From: Candidatus Bathyarchaeota archaeon
Lineage (GTDB): Archaea > Thermoproteota > Bathyarchaeia > Bathyarchaeales > Bathycorpusculaceae
Assembly: GCA_963827165.1 (NCBI GenBank)
Contig: CAWGZR010000003.1
Location: 64,001-128,000, forward strand
Length of the DNA: 64,000 bases
Direction: 5' to 3'
How positions within the stretch are numbered: position 1 is the stretch's first letter; each line of letters opens with the position of its first letter. Under the pieces are notes generated by a model. It was given only the letters and a program-made list of their open reading frames with translations. It searched no databases and had not been told where the DNA came from. Positions 29,011 to 38,840 of the stretch are shown here, one piece after another. Position numbers and translations under genes: made by a program.

Positions 29011-31183
29011 CTTTAGTTCCTTCAGCCGGAATAATGTTTGCTGCTTGCTGTCCGGCGGCAGGCAAATACATTTCGCGATTATACTCTTCCATCATTCGGC
29101 AGGCGTTAAACGCCGGCGTCACCGTTTTGATCGCTTCTTTCACCATCTGCATCCACCTGTGAGGGACCCCTTTGCGATCACGATCGTAGAACATCGGGAC
29201 AATCTCGTTTTCCAATAGACTATATAGTGATTCCGCGTCTTTTCTGTCTTCTTCTGCAGGATTATCAACCTCAAGGTCTCCTATCGCCCACCCGTTTTTG
29301 CCGTTGTATGCCTCATCCCACCATCCGTCGCGTACGCTCAAGTTAAGAACGCCGTTCATGGATGCTTTCATGCCGCTTGTTCCGCATGCCTCTTGTAGCC
29401 TCCTGGGATTGTTCAGCCAGATGTCAACGCCGCGTACTAGTTCGCGTGCAACATTAAGGTCGTAGTCTTCGACAAAAGCGATCCGACCCTGAAACCCTCT
29501 GTCCAAAGCCGCCGAATAAACCTGCTTGAGAAGGATCTTTGATTGGTAATCCGCCGGATGAGATTTTCCTGCGAAAACTAGCTGGACTGGTCTCTCGGGG
29601 TTAGTTATAATGCGTTTAAGCCTCTCGGTGTTGGAGAGGATCAGATATGGTCTTTTATACGCGGTGAATCGGCGCACAAAAGCGAGGGTTAAAGCATAAG
29701 GGTCAAGCAACGAACCCATGGCGATGACTTGTTGCGTAGTCACTTGGTCCTGGGTCCACCGTTGCTGCGCTCGATCCTGAATCGCAGTTATTAGTTTCCT
29801 CTTCAGGTTCTGACGAATCTGCCAAAGTTCATCATCCGATACGGTATCGAGGCAGCTCCAATATTCCTTGTTATCTTGATCCTCAACCCATTTGGAATCA
29901 AGGTATTTTTGGCAAAGCGACCCGACTTCAGGCGACTGCCACGTAGGAAGATGCACACCGTTCGTAACAGATTTAATTGGCACATCATCCTCCCTTTTGT
30001 CTGGCCAAAGCCCCTGCCACATGCGCCTCGTGACTCTGCCATGCAGCTTAGATACCGCATTAGCTTGCCCAGCTAAACGAAAAGCAAAAGCCGTAAGATT
30101 GAAGCTTTCCGCGCCTGACATGTCGGATTGACCAAGTTTAAGGAAGACATCTCGGTTTACTCCGAGGGGTTCCCAAAGGCTGCCGGCGTAGCGATCCATT
30201 AGCTGATATGAGAAGACGTGGTGTCCTGCGGCAACTGGAGTGTGAGTTGTGAAAACCGTGCTTTTGCGGACGTTTTCTATCGCTGCTTCCAGTGAGGCAC
30301 CGTTTGCACGCTCCAGCCTGAGCCGCTCAAGCATCATAAACGCAGTGTGGTCTTCGTTAGCGTGCCAAACGACGGGTTCGATGTGGAGTTCCCGAAGAGC
30401 CCGCACTCCGCCGACGCCTAAAACAATTAGCTGCCGCAAACGCTCCTCTTGGTCAGCTGTGTACAGCCGCGCCGAAAGCATCTTGTCTTCAGGCCTGTTT
30501 TCATCCACGTTCGTATCCATTAAGTACATGTTCACGCGACCAACATGCGCTTCCCAAATCTTAACGTAAACCAAGCGATCGGCAAGTTGAACTGGAATGA
30601 GCGGACCGCAACCGTATGGCCAAGCACACGGTGAAATCGGTGCGTCGTCAAAATCTAGTTGCATGTAAATTTCTTGTTGGTCCCCTTGAGGAGAAATTTG
30701 CTGGCGAAAGTAGCCTTGAGGATACATGAATCCAACTGCTACCACTGGCAAACCACGGTCTGAAGATTCCTTGCAGATGTCCCCAGCCAATACGCCTAAA
30801 CCGCCAGCGTAAATCGGCAATGAATAATGGATGGCATATTCAGCTGAGAAATAAGCGATTTGCCTTGGTCTATCCATTTTTATGTCGCCACACCATTCGT
30901 GGCCTTTTGTCATCTCTTCATCGAACTTTGCCATCACTGTGTCGTAGAGCTCGAGAAAAGCTGGGTCCCTGCTCGCCGCCTCCAAATCCTGAGTTTTCAT
31001 ACTACGTAACTGCTTTACCGGGTTGTGCCCGCTGGTTCTCCAAAGCGCATAGTCAAGCGCACGAAAAATTTCGCGCCCCTCCTCATGCCAACTCCACCAC
31101 AGGTTATTAGCAAGCTCGAATAGTCTGCCGATTCGCAAAGGCAGCTTCAACGGCGGTGCTTCTTCAGGGTAATTTGGTATCAT
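28994..31183 (-). CDS. glgP: Alpha-glucan (glycogen/maltodextrin) phosphorylase
   Basis: L.ELANNLWWSW, YFSAEY...LPIYAGGLGVLAGD, FTTHTPV.AG, RRFTAYKR, EACGTSGMKA..NG. Confidence 0.96.
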   Translation of the reverse strand: MIPNYPEEAPPLKLPLRIGRLFELANNLWWSWHEEGREIFRALDYALWRTSGHNPVKQLRSMKTQDLEAASRDPAFLELYDTVMAKFDEEMTKGHEWCGDIKMDRPRQIAYFSAEYAIHYSLPIYAGGLGVLAGDICKESSDRGLPVVAVGFMYPQGYFRQQISPQGDQQEIYMQLDFDDAPISPCAWPYGCGPLIPVQLADRLVYVKIWEAHVGRVNMYLMDTNVDENRPEDKMLSARLYTADQEERLRQLIVLGVGGVRALRELHIEPVVWHANEDHTAFMMLERLRLERANGASLEAAIENVRKSTVFTTHTPVAAGHHVFSYQLMDRYAGSLWEPLGVNRDVFLKLGQSDMSGAESFNLTAFAFRLAGQANAVSKLHGRVTRRMWQGLWPDKREDDVPIKSVTNGVHLPTWQSPEVGSLCQKYLDSKWVEDQDNKEYWSCLDTVSDDELWQIRQNLKRKLITAIQDRAQQRWTQDQVTTQQVIAMGSLLDPYALTLAFVRRFTAYKRPYLILSNTERLKRIITNPERPVQLVFAGKSHPADYQSKILLKQVYSAALDRGFQGRIAFVEDYDLNVARELVRGVDIWLNNPRRLQEACGTSGMKASMNGVLNLSVRDGWWDEAYNGKNGWAIGDLEVDNPAEEDRKDAESLYSLLENEIVPMFYDRDRKGVPHRWMQMVKEAIKTVTPAFNACRMMEEYNREMYLPAAGQQAANIIPAEGTKVGETK

Positions 31184-31388
31184 GCGGTCAATATCCTCAG
31201 GTCACATGGTTTCTTCTTTGATCACAATTAAAAAAGTCAAAATGTTGACTCCTAACTTATTATTCGAAACGCCAATTAATATACGTGCTGACTTTTCGTC
31301 ACCATGCATTTTCCTATTTTTGGTCAACGGTAACTTGGCAAAAAAGTTAAAAACTCTTTTCATAATGTTTTTTAAAGGTGATTTTTTT

Positions 31389-31784
31389 ATGGAATCAAAA
31401 GTAAGAAACACAAAACAAAAAATGATTATTCCAGCATCGCCTAAAGAAGTTTATGATGCCTATGTCGACCCGAAAAAACGTAGCAAGTTTACAGGATACA
31501 AAGCCTCTGGTAAACCTGTGGTTGGCGGTAAATTCACTGGGATAGATGAGCACATTTCTGGGAAGTTCCTAGAGCTAGAGGATGGAAAACGGGTAGTTGT
31601 GGAATGGAAATCCATCGATTACGATTATGGCCCTTCAAAGTTAGAATTATGTTTTAATAAAGTGCCTGAAGGAACAGAACTCGTTATTGCATTGTCGAAC
31701 GTCCCAGAAGACCAAATTAATGAGGCCGCCGATGCTTGGAAAGAATATTGGTGGAACCCGCTAAAAAAATACTTTAGCAAATAA
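31389..31784 (+). CDS. SRPBCC/AHSA1-like protein
   Basis: IPASP.EVY.A..DP....FTG, GGKF, W..YWW.PLK.YF; GGTGA RBS before ATG 31389. Confidence 0.85.
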   Translation: MESKVRNTKQKMIIPASPKEVYDAYVDPKKRSKFTGYKASGKPVVGGKFTGIDEHISGKFLELEDGKRVVVEWKSIDYDYGPSKLELCFNKVPEGTELVIALSNVPEDQINEAADAWKEYWWNPLKKYFSK

Positions 31785-31985
31785 ACTAAAACTTAATGCA
31801 CGGGTTCCCTTCAAAAGGTGGAAAGGGATAGAAAAAAATCTCCAATCCTGTTTAGATCGGTGCCAGCATTAGTAGGGATTAGTTAGGGTCGGCTGTTTGC
31901 AGTGTTGCGCCGATTTTCAATGCGACTCTTGCCAGCAAGCCTCAGCTTGGGGTCTGTCAATTTTCAATCTTCATCTTTCCCAATC

Positions 31986-32090
31986 AGACTGGGACGGCGA
32001 CATCATCCCCCATCGAATCAACACCGTCCCAGACTAAAAGGGCTTTGGTAAAGAGAGAGATGAAAAATGAACAGAAAAATAAGTTGTTGA
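31986..32090 (-). repeat. K-turn-like hairpin repeat, copy 1
   Basis: Minus strand CTGGGACGGTG-TTGA-TTCGATGGGG-GAT-GA-TGT-CGCCGTCCCAG with adjacent conserved pyrimidine tract. Confidence 0.75.
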
Positions 32091-32213
32091 GCCAATGGAT
32101 GCGAAAGCGAAAGACGATTATAATACAGGACCAAAATTCAAAACATGACGCGAAGATACTGAACCAAATACATTAGTCCAAAAAAAAAAATTAGGAAAGA
32201 GAGTGCGCTTTTT

Positions 32214-32492
32214 TCACTGACACTCTCGTAAAGTTTTTACATGAGAGAGAGGGACATTCAAGTTGATTACGTGACCATATGCTTGTACAAGGTTCAAGGG
32301 AATGCAGACATAAACGTTCCCCATAATGGGCTTTTTGAATCTAAGTTCGTTTGCCGCTTCCTTCGTCAAGTCAACCCGTAGATGTGTTATTGTTGCCTTT
32401 TCAATATCAAATTCTATTCCGTCAACATCACCAAGTGAGTAAGCATCCGTGGTCACAACTTTTTTCCCGTTTAAATCTTTTAAATTTACCAA
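32214..32492 (-). CDS. PRC-barrel domain protein
   Basis: DL.GKKVVT.D...LGDV.GIEFD.....ITHL.V...IP...V..YG.VI.L. Confidence 0.85.
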   Translation of the reverse strand: MVNLKDLNGKKVVTTDAYSLGDVDGIEFDIEKATITHLRVDLTKEAANELRFKKPIMGNVYVCIPLNLVQAYGHVINLNVPLSHVKTLRECQ

Positions 32493-32602
32493 AAATTAAG
32501 TCTCCTTAATAGAAAGAAACCGATTCTAACAATAAAAGTTTTCGGATACTTTCAAGGATGAGCTTTTGGCTCGATAATATGCGGGTGGGGGTTTTCTATT
32601 TA

Positions 32603-32791
32603 TCAATGTTCAGGCAGTACTTTTTCAAATATAAACCATCCAAGAAGGCTTAAGCCTACAAATGACCCTGCTCCCAATAGAGCGGCTGTTCCTAAATTAC
32701 TACGGTATGTACCTACCAAAACAACAGCAACAACAACTACAAAAACAAAGTATCCAATTTCAGATATTTTTATCCAATGATTCGAAGACAC
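32603..32791 (-). CDS. Small two-TM membrane protein
   Basis: 62 aa, two hydrophobic helices. Confidence 0.5.
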   Translation of the reverse strand: MSSNHWIKISEIGYFVFVVVVAVVLVGTYRSNLGTAALLGAGSFVGLSLLGWFIFEKVLPEH

Positions 32792-33021
32792 TCCATACGC
32801 CCCCTAACATATTATGTTAAGTAGGTATGCTGTTTATTAATTTAGCCCATGAAAACATTACCAAAGACTTGGTGTTTTTTCGAAAGATTTTCTAATTAAC
32901 TCTACCCGACTCAAGATATATGGAAGAGAAAAACTCCTAAAAGTTTATAACTAGATTAGAACAATAAGAACATAATGAACAAGAATAAGTAAAGATATAC
33001 AGAAATTACTAAGCCGTAGGG

Positions 33022-33135
33022 CTGGGACGGCGACATCATCCCCCAACGGATCAAACACCGTCCCAGTGCTTTTAGGGATTTGGCGAAAAATGTAAGATGA
33101 AAAATAAACCAAGAATTAATTAAAAAACTGTTGGA
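33022..33135 (-). repeat. K-turn-like hairpin repeat, copy 2
   Basis: Minus strand CTGGGACGGTG-TTTGA-TCCGTTGGGG-GAT-GA-TGT-CGCCGTCCCAG; near-identical to copy 1. Confidence 0.75.
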
Positions 33136-33208
33136 ACACTCCCAAGAAGAAACCAAATACCCTGACTTTTAATTTAAGAGAAATCATAATTCATATAGTG
33201 GGTTTAAT

Positions 33209-33775
33209 ATGAAAAAAGCAAATCATGTAAATGTCAAAGAGATGAGTTTTGATCAACTATTTAGACAAATTTCTCCGGAAGAAATTTGCGATAATGTATT
33301 CACATTGGTTGGAAAAGTTTTTGCGGTTGTTACTGCGGGTAAGGAAGATCATTATAATTCTATGACAGCCAGTGGGGGTGGTTTGGGGGTTCTTTTAAGG
33401 AAACCTACAAGTTGGTTAATTCTTCAAGCAAACCGTTATACGCTTGAATTGATTCAAAAAGAGCAGACATATACGATGTCTTACTTTCCGGATGAATATA
33501 AGAAACAAATACTCTTTTTGGGACGTAAATCTGGAAGAGATAGTGAGAAAATGAAAGAAGTTGAATTGACAAGTGTTCAAACTTCTTCCGGGGATATGTC
33601 TTTCAAAGAGGCCCGGCTAATTATTGAATGTAAATTAACGGCGCTTACTACCGCCAGTCCCGATGATTTTTACACGCAAGAAGCGAAAGATTTCATAAAT
33701 GACGCTTACAGGGAAGCAAAGGTTTATCGCAAATATGTATTTGGGGAAATCACCCATGTTTGGGTAAAAAAATAA
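33209..33775 (+). CDS. Flavin reductase-like FMN-binding protein
   Basis: VTAG....NSMTAS.GG.G.L..KP, RYT.E.I, G.KSGRD..K, LIIECK, GEI. Confidence 0.85.
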   Translation: MKKANHVNVKEMSFDQLFRQISPEEICDNVFTLVGKVFAVVTAGKEDHYNSMTASGGGLGVLLRKPTSWLILQANRYTLELIQKEQTYTMSYFPDEYKKQILFLGRKSGRDSEKMKEVELTSVQTSSGDMSFKEARLIIECKLTALTTASPDDFYTQEAKDFINDAYREAKVYRKYVFGEITHVWVKK

Positions 33776-33910
33776 GAATAAACCAGAATCAACGAAGAGA
33801 ATGAACTGACATCTCTTCTACTTACAAGAAACAGAGTTTGAGCACAGAGAGGTTGATTCAAGCGGACTCTTGTGCTTATTGAACAAACGTTCATGAGCAT
33901 TGACATTTTT

Positions 33911-34300
33911 TTACTTAGTTACTGTTAGATAAGTAGCCGCCCAGACAGTTTCCGTTTTGTCTCATGCAACTAATGGCAATGATCCCGATGTTTGAGGTGC
34001 AGTTCCTGTTACGACAAGTTTACCGTTTGCGTCAGTAGTTCCTGCAGCAAAACATGTATTTACATTCTGATTTACCGTCCAGCCGTCGATTTCTGTATTG
34101 GCTGGAAAACCCGTAAGAGTGGCAGTATATTGCCCTCCAGCAGTAACTGAATGTGAACTCAACGAGATTGACGGTTTCTGCGCAGACGAGTGATACGGTA
34201 CTACAATTGATACCGAGTATCCTACGGCTAATCCAATAACTAAACCTAAAAGCGCGAAGGCGACTACTCCTTTTTTGTTCAAGAAGGTTCTCCTCCTCAA
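33911..34300 (-). pseudogene. Membrane-anchored Ig-like protein with in-frame TGA at 33962-33964
   Basis: Frame continues ...GSLPLVA*DKTETVWAATYLTVTK-TAA(33911-33913). Confidence 0.55.
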
Positions 34301-34482
34301 AAATCACAAAAACTCAAAAGGAATTTCTTTTTCATTAATAATTCCCAATTAGTTTTATTGTTGCTCGGCGTATTTAAAATCTGTTGTACGCAGTAAAATA
34401 CGTCAGTTTATTTGAGGGGAACCTCTATTGGCATCAATTAACCTCTCCGCGAAACCTTAAATGCAATCAATTAATATTTTAC

Positions 34483-35559
34483 ATGGGATTTCGCACGAAA
34501 GAAGATAGCGAGTTAGAAAAAGATCATGCACTTCACAGGAGCTCAGTCCCAAACAGAACTGAAAAATACTCTGATTTGTACGAAGATTTTGATGAAGCAT
34601 TCATTGTGGTAGATTGGGATTTAGTTATTATACATTGGAATAAAGCCGCAGAGAGAGTTACAACAATTAAAGCCCAAAATGCGTTAGGGAAAAGAATTAA
34701 CGATGTCTTGCCTGAAATGACGACTGTCGACTTTGCGCCTTACTTAACCTTACTTCAACAAAGAAGACGCGCCCGTTTCATGATGAATGTAACAAGCAGA
34801 GAAACCCAAAAGCCCTCCATATTCGAGGTCTCCATGTATCCTTCGGAACAAGGAATAATAATAGTGGTTGAAGATAAGACCGAAGAAGAGAAAATAACAC
34901 GGTTGTCAGCTATTGGTGCAACAGCTGGCATGGTCGGTCACGATATACGTAATCCATTACAAGCAATTACGGGAGACCTTTACTTGCTTAATGAATCGTT
35001 AAAAGCGATGCCAGAATCAGAAACTAAAAAAGAAGTTATAGAGAGCTTAGAAGACATAGAGACAAATGTTAACTACATTAACAAAATTGTTGCAGATTTG
35101 CAAGATTATTCTCGTTCCTTAAAACCAGAATATTCAAACTTTGACCTGGCAACCTTGATAACAAGCGTTATGCAAACTGTTAGTCGCCAGAATAATTTAG
35201 CAGTTTCATTAAATATTGAGTCGCCATTTTTCATCAAGTCAGACCATGCAATAATTAGGCGAGTCTTAACCAACCTAATCGTAAATGCTATACAAGCTAT
35301 GCCAAGTGGGGGCAAATTAACCATAAGCAGTTACAGAACAGACAATAATGTGCGGATTTTAGTTGAAGACACGGGTGTTGGCATTCCTGAGGAGATTAAG
35401 CCCAAGTTGTTTTCGCCTATGCTTACTACCAAAGCGAAAGGTCAAGGCTTAGGTTTAGCTGTTGTAAAACGCTTAGTTGAGGCCTTAAAGGGGACAATAA
35501 GTTTTGAGAGCGAAGAGGGGAAAGGAACAAAATTCATTATTCAGCTTCCAGAAAATTAG
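34483..35559 (+). CDS. PAS sensor histidine kinase
   Basis: H-box GHDIRNPLQ, N-box NLIVNAIQAM, DTGVGI, TTK..GQGLGL. Confidence 0.93.
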   Translation: MGFRTKEDSELEKDHALHRSSVPNRTEKYSDLYEDFDEAFIVVDWDLVIIHWNKAAERVTTIKAQNALGKRINDVLPEMTTVDFAPYLTLLQQRRRARFMMNVTSRETQKPSIFEVSMYPSEQGIIIVVEDKTEEEKITRLSAIGATAGMVGHDIRNPLQAITGDLYLLNESLKAMPESETKKEVIESLEDIETNVNYINKIVADLQDYSRSLKPEYSNFDLATLITSVMQTVSRQNNLAVSLNIESPFFIKSDHAIIRRVLTNLIVNAIQAMPSGGKLTISSYRTDNNVRILVEDTGVGIPEEIKPKLFSPMLTTKAKGQGLGLAVVKRLVEALKGTISFESEEGKGTKFIIQLPEN

Positions 35560-35585
35560 GCATCTAAAAGCTTAAAACTAGCCAG

Positions 35586-35831
35586 CTATGATGTGAATTT
35601 AGCATCGCGGGCGTAGAGTGAACGTAATCTTAACGCGAACCATCCTGCACTGACCAGAAGGAATACGCTGTCTCCGAGGTTCGGTAATAGTGGGTAGTAA
35701 ACAAGGTGATTAAAGAAGGTTGGAAGTTTTAAAGCGTAACCGGCGATTCCGAAGAGACATGTCATATCGACGCAACTCATGAGCAGTTGTCTTCCCGTTC
35801 TAGGAATCCATGGATAAGATACTCTTCGCAT
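35586..35831 (-). CDS. Small membrane protein
   Basis: 81 aa, two hydrophobic segments, GAGAAGG upstream. Confidence 0.5.
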   Translation of the reverse strand: MRRVSYPWIPRTGRQLLMSCVDMTCLFGIAGYALKLPTFFNHLVYYPLLPNLGDSVFLLVSAGWFALRLRSLYARDAKFTS

Positions 35832-36006
35832 TTGCCTTCTCCCTCACGAAGATTGAGTGCACAGCCTTAATCTATTTTTGCAAACCTCAAATCTTAATAT
35901 TACAAACATCCTGTCAGCTTTCAACATCACTTGGTCAACCGTAAAATACGAGAAATTAAGCGGCAAAAATGGATTCAAAAAAGAAAAAAAAGAAAGTTTT
36001 TTGGTT

Positions 36007-36696
36007 TTAGACGGGTGTTGGTGTTGATGGTGGTGGTGGCGTCATGTATGTTGCAGGGGGTTGTTCCATTTGCTTTTTAATCTGGAAGAATGCGATAGCC
36101 ATCAGTAGCACTCCAACCCACATTATGATAACGCCTATGATGACTATTGTCAACGCTGCACCGATTATCAGCAGAAGAGATGCAGTTGAGAATAAGCCTG
36201 TGCCTGATTTGGTTGCAAGCATTTTTAGTGATTTTCTAGCAAGGAACGCCCAGAGGATTAGGAAAATCCAAAAAATCACAAAAGCCACAAGTGCTCCTGC
36301 TAACAACGAAAAGATAGTGCTGGTGCTTACGTTTGATGTGTTTGGTGTCATGCCGGAAAGCGATGAAATTGACGTCCATTTGCCGTTCCATGTTGGATAA
36401 AGATCTTGAAGCAGAGTTTTCAGATTACTTAAAACTGCGACAAGAACCACTACGCCCGCTATGACAGCGCCTACTACTCCGGCGATAAGTCCGTACAAAG
36501 AATAGTTGAATATTCCTTTTTCATTGTAGATATTTGCTAAACCGTGCAATGCAATCAGAATTAAAATTATGCCGATGATTCCGATTATCCCAAAAGTAAT
36601 TTCGCCAATGTATGGAAGTACTCCAATAAGCAGCAGAATAGTGCCAACACCGCCCAAAGTCTTGCTTGATTCAAGAGTCAAAGTTTTTTGCCTCAT
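36007..36696 (-). CDS. DUF996-like membrane protein
   Basis: K.LGGVG.ILLL...IG.ILILIAL.GLA..Y....IF; G..LF.TA.LL..IGA.L.I; IAFF. Confidence 0.8.
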   Translation of the reverse strand: MRQKTLTLESSKTLGGVGTILLLIGVLPYIGEITFGIIGIIGIILILIALHGLANIYNEKGIFNYSLYGLIAGVVGAVIAGVVVLVAVLSNLKTLLQDLYPTWNGKWTSISSLSGMTPNTSNVSTSTIFSLLAGALVAFVIFWIFLILWAFLARKSLKMLATKSGTGLFSTASLLLIIGAALTIVIIGVIIMWVGVLLMAIAFFQIKKQMEQPPATYMTPPPPSTPTPV

Positions 36697-36826
36697 GTTT
36701 TTTGCGTCTTATTAAGAATAAAAGCTTTTCCATGCCTAGCGCTAACCAGCTGAGAAATGATGCAAGTTAATGGAGCAAGAGACTGACTGAAGAGACAGCA
36801 GCGTTAGATTTCAAAGCACAAAGTCG

Positions 36827-37582
36827 TTAACAAGCGCTCTTTTTCTTAGTTTTGGCTGACAACAGCAACAAAGCCGCCGAAGTAACTGTGATAACGATCA
36901 ATATCGCGATGCCTGAAAGTTCAGGGACAGACGATGTGGCGGTGGGCGTGGTGCTTGAGGAAGGCGTGGAAGAAGACGAGGCGGATGTTGTTGAAGTTGG
37001 GGCTGAAGATGGCGAGCTTGAGCTTGATGTGGTGTAGACGCTACCGTTTACTACCATGGCGCTTATGGGTTGGGAGGTTTCGCCTGAACCTGGTGCTGCG
37101 TAGCTAGCTAGCTGCGGTGCAGATGACGTGGATGATATGAGCGTCAAAGCAGATGATCCAGTGCTTGTTACGGTAAATGTTAACGTTGCTAGGGTTCCAC
37201 TTCCACTAAACGCCCCAGCGGGGTTCTCGGAGGTTGCTATAAGATTATATTCGCCTATGGATTGATCAGCGGACTCTTGAACAAACAATATCGGGCCATT
37301 TAGGATGCCTGCGCCGTTGGAAACTGGTACGAAAGTCTGGTTGCTGACAAGTTTCAGCATGGATGTATCCCAAGTAAGGGCGATATCTATTCCGTAGAGG
37401 TTCTGGACGTTGTTAATTTGGATGTTAACCTTTAAAGTCTGGCCGACCGCAACCAAGTTACTTTGGGGAGAAATGCTTATCGTGGTGGTTTGAGCCTTAA
37501 CAATGTGAGTAGGCAAAACGACAAATAATGCAGCAACAAATAGCAGCATAACTAAACCAGTTTTCAGATGTTTAACCTGCAT
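36827..37582 (-). CDS. Cohesin-domain surface protein with Ser/Thr linker and VPE-type C-terminal anchor
   Basis: VGQT..VNI.I.NVQNLYG..I.L.WD...L, FSGSGTLATLTF.V...G.S.L.L; VPELS plus TM plus KTKKK. Confidence 0.85.
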   Translation of the reverse strand: MQVKHLKTGLVMLLFVAALFVVLPTHIVKAQTTTISISPQSNLVAVGQTLKVNIQINNVQNLYGIDIALTWDTSMLKLVSNQTFVPVSNGAGILNGPILFVQESADQSIGEYNLIATSENPAGAFSGSGTLATLTFTVTSTGSSALTLISSTSSAPQLASYAAPGSGETSQPISAMVVNGSVYTTSSSSSPSSAPTSTTSASSSSTPSSSTTPTATSSVPELSGIAILIVITVTSAALLLLSAKTKKKSAC

Positions 37583-38544
37583 TTTTCTTCGCCTTTGTCT
37601 GTTCTACGATATGCACTATTTTATCCCTTCCCTTTTTAACCCTTCGAACTTTCCCCTCACGTTCGAGAGCTGACACTAACTGACTCGTTTTAGCCTTTGA
37701 AAACTTGCATTGCTCAGTAATAGCAGACTGGTAAACCCCGCCGACACTTGAGCGAATCACACGCAAAACCTTCTCCTCCTCATTTTCGGGCAAGGTCAAA
37801 GTCGGCATCACTGGCGCCACTTTGATTTTTGAACGGCGATTCACAAAGAAAAACCACATTGCAACAATTGCTGCAACCGCCACCACGACTGCCACCACCG
37901 AGACCTGGACGTAAGGAGAATGGCTGGACAGAATCTGACTTGGCTGTGCCTTGAGATTTAAGGACGATTTGAGGATTCTCAGTCACAAAAAACTGAGTCC
38001 CAAGCCACTCCAAAGTTTGCGTAGAGAGGTCTTGTTGGTCAGGCTTTGGCGTAACCGTTTCTAAAGTGTAATTTGCTGGATAAATGATTTGGAGTACGCC
38101 GTCCCCGTACAAACGATCAAAGAAACCGTTTACGCCGAAAACGTCACTAACCACGAGTTGCCCTTGTCTTGCCAAGCTAAAATTCGACCAGGTGAAACTG
38201 TAGGCTGTGGTCTTAGAGTTATTTGACGAATTGACTGTGCTCATTTGAAACGTGGTGCTTGCCACGCCCATTTGACGATTGGTTTGATTCGCTGCAGTAT
38301 CAACCAGCGAAGTTACCTTACCTTCAAATCCCACAAATGTGTCAACCGGGCCGTTAGGATTTGAAACCTGAGTAATGGTCCAATTAGCTGAGCCGTCGGC
38401 GTTAAGCTGGATCATATATTGGGTTATAGTAGTTTGAGCTTTTACGCTACTTGAAAACGCAACTATTAAGATAAGCGCGATGGCCAAAATTATGGCTATT
38501 GAAGTTCGACGCTTCATTTGAACCTGTATAGGCATTGCGACCAT
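37572..38544 (-). CDS. Membrane-anchored regulator (extracellular DUF4897-like domain, TM, C-terminal wHTH), frameshifted near 37915
   Basis: Y.IQL..DGSA.W.I N-domain; second frame PYVQVSVVAVVV TM then EEKVL..I...GG.YQS.I....FSKAKTSQL...LE..G.V.R.K.GR.KIV. Confidence 0.8.
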
Positions 38545-38840
38545 ATGTTATTTAAGGATTGCAGAAAGATAATCAGTCTTCTAAATTCATGTTCTGCTCT
38601 TCCCGCGCGGAATGTTCTGATGGTTTTATCGTCGGGAATCGGGCCACATCATTTAAGCTTATGGATAAGCCGATAAACCATTACGCAAAGAAACAAGGCC
38701 ATTAAAACAATTAAGGAACATAGATAAACGTTCGTGAACTAAAATGAACGGTCTATTAGCCTATAATCAAAAAATAGCCCCAGAAAGCCTTTTATTTTCG
38801 GCAAAACAAGAGCTAAATTAAATAAAAAGGTTGATCAAAA

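Noticed and set aside
31986-33066. Hairpins as fluoride riboswitch, SECIS or integron attC
   Set aside because: No fluoride-riboswitch pseudoknot consensus or crcB-type gene; GA motif order and helix length do not fit SECIS; no RYYYAAC/GTTRRRY ends and no integrase.
32956-33156. Hydrophobic peptide starting in hairpin copy 2 (type I toxin-like)
   Set aside because: The equivalent frame in copy 1 gives MMSPSQSDWER-stop, so it is not conserved; hydrophobicity follows from T-rich DNA.
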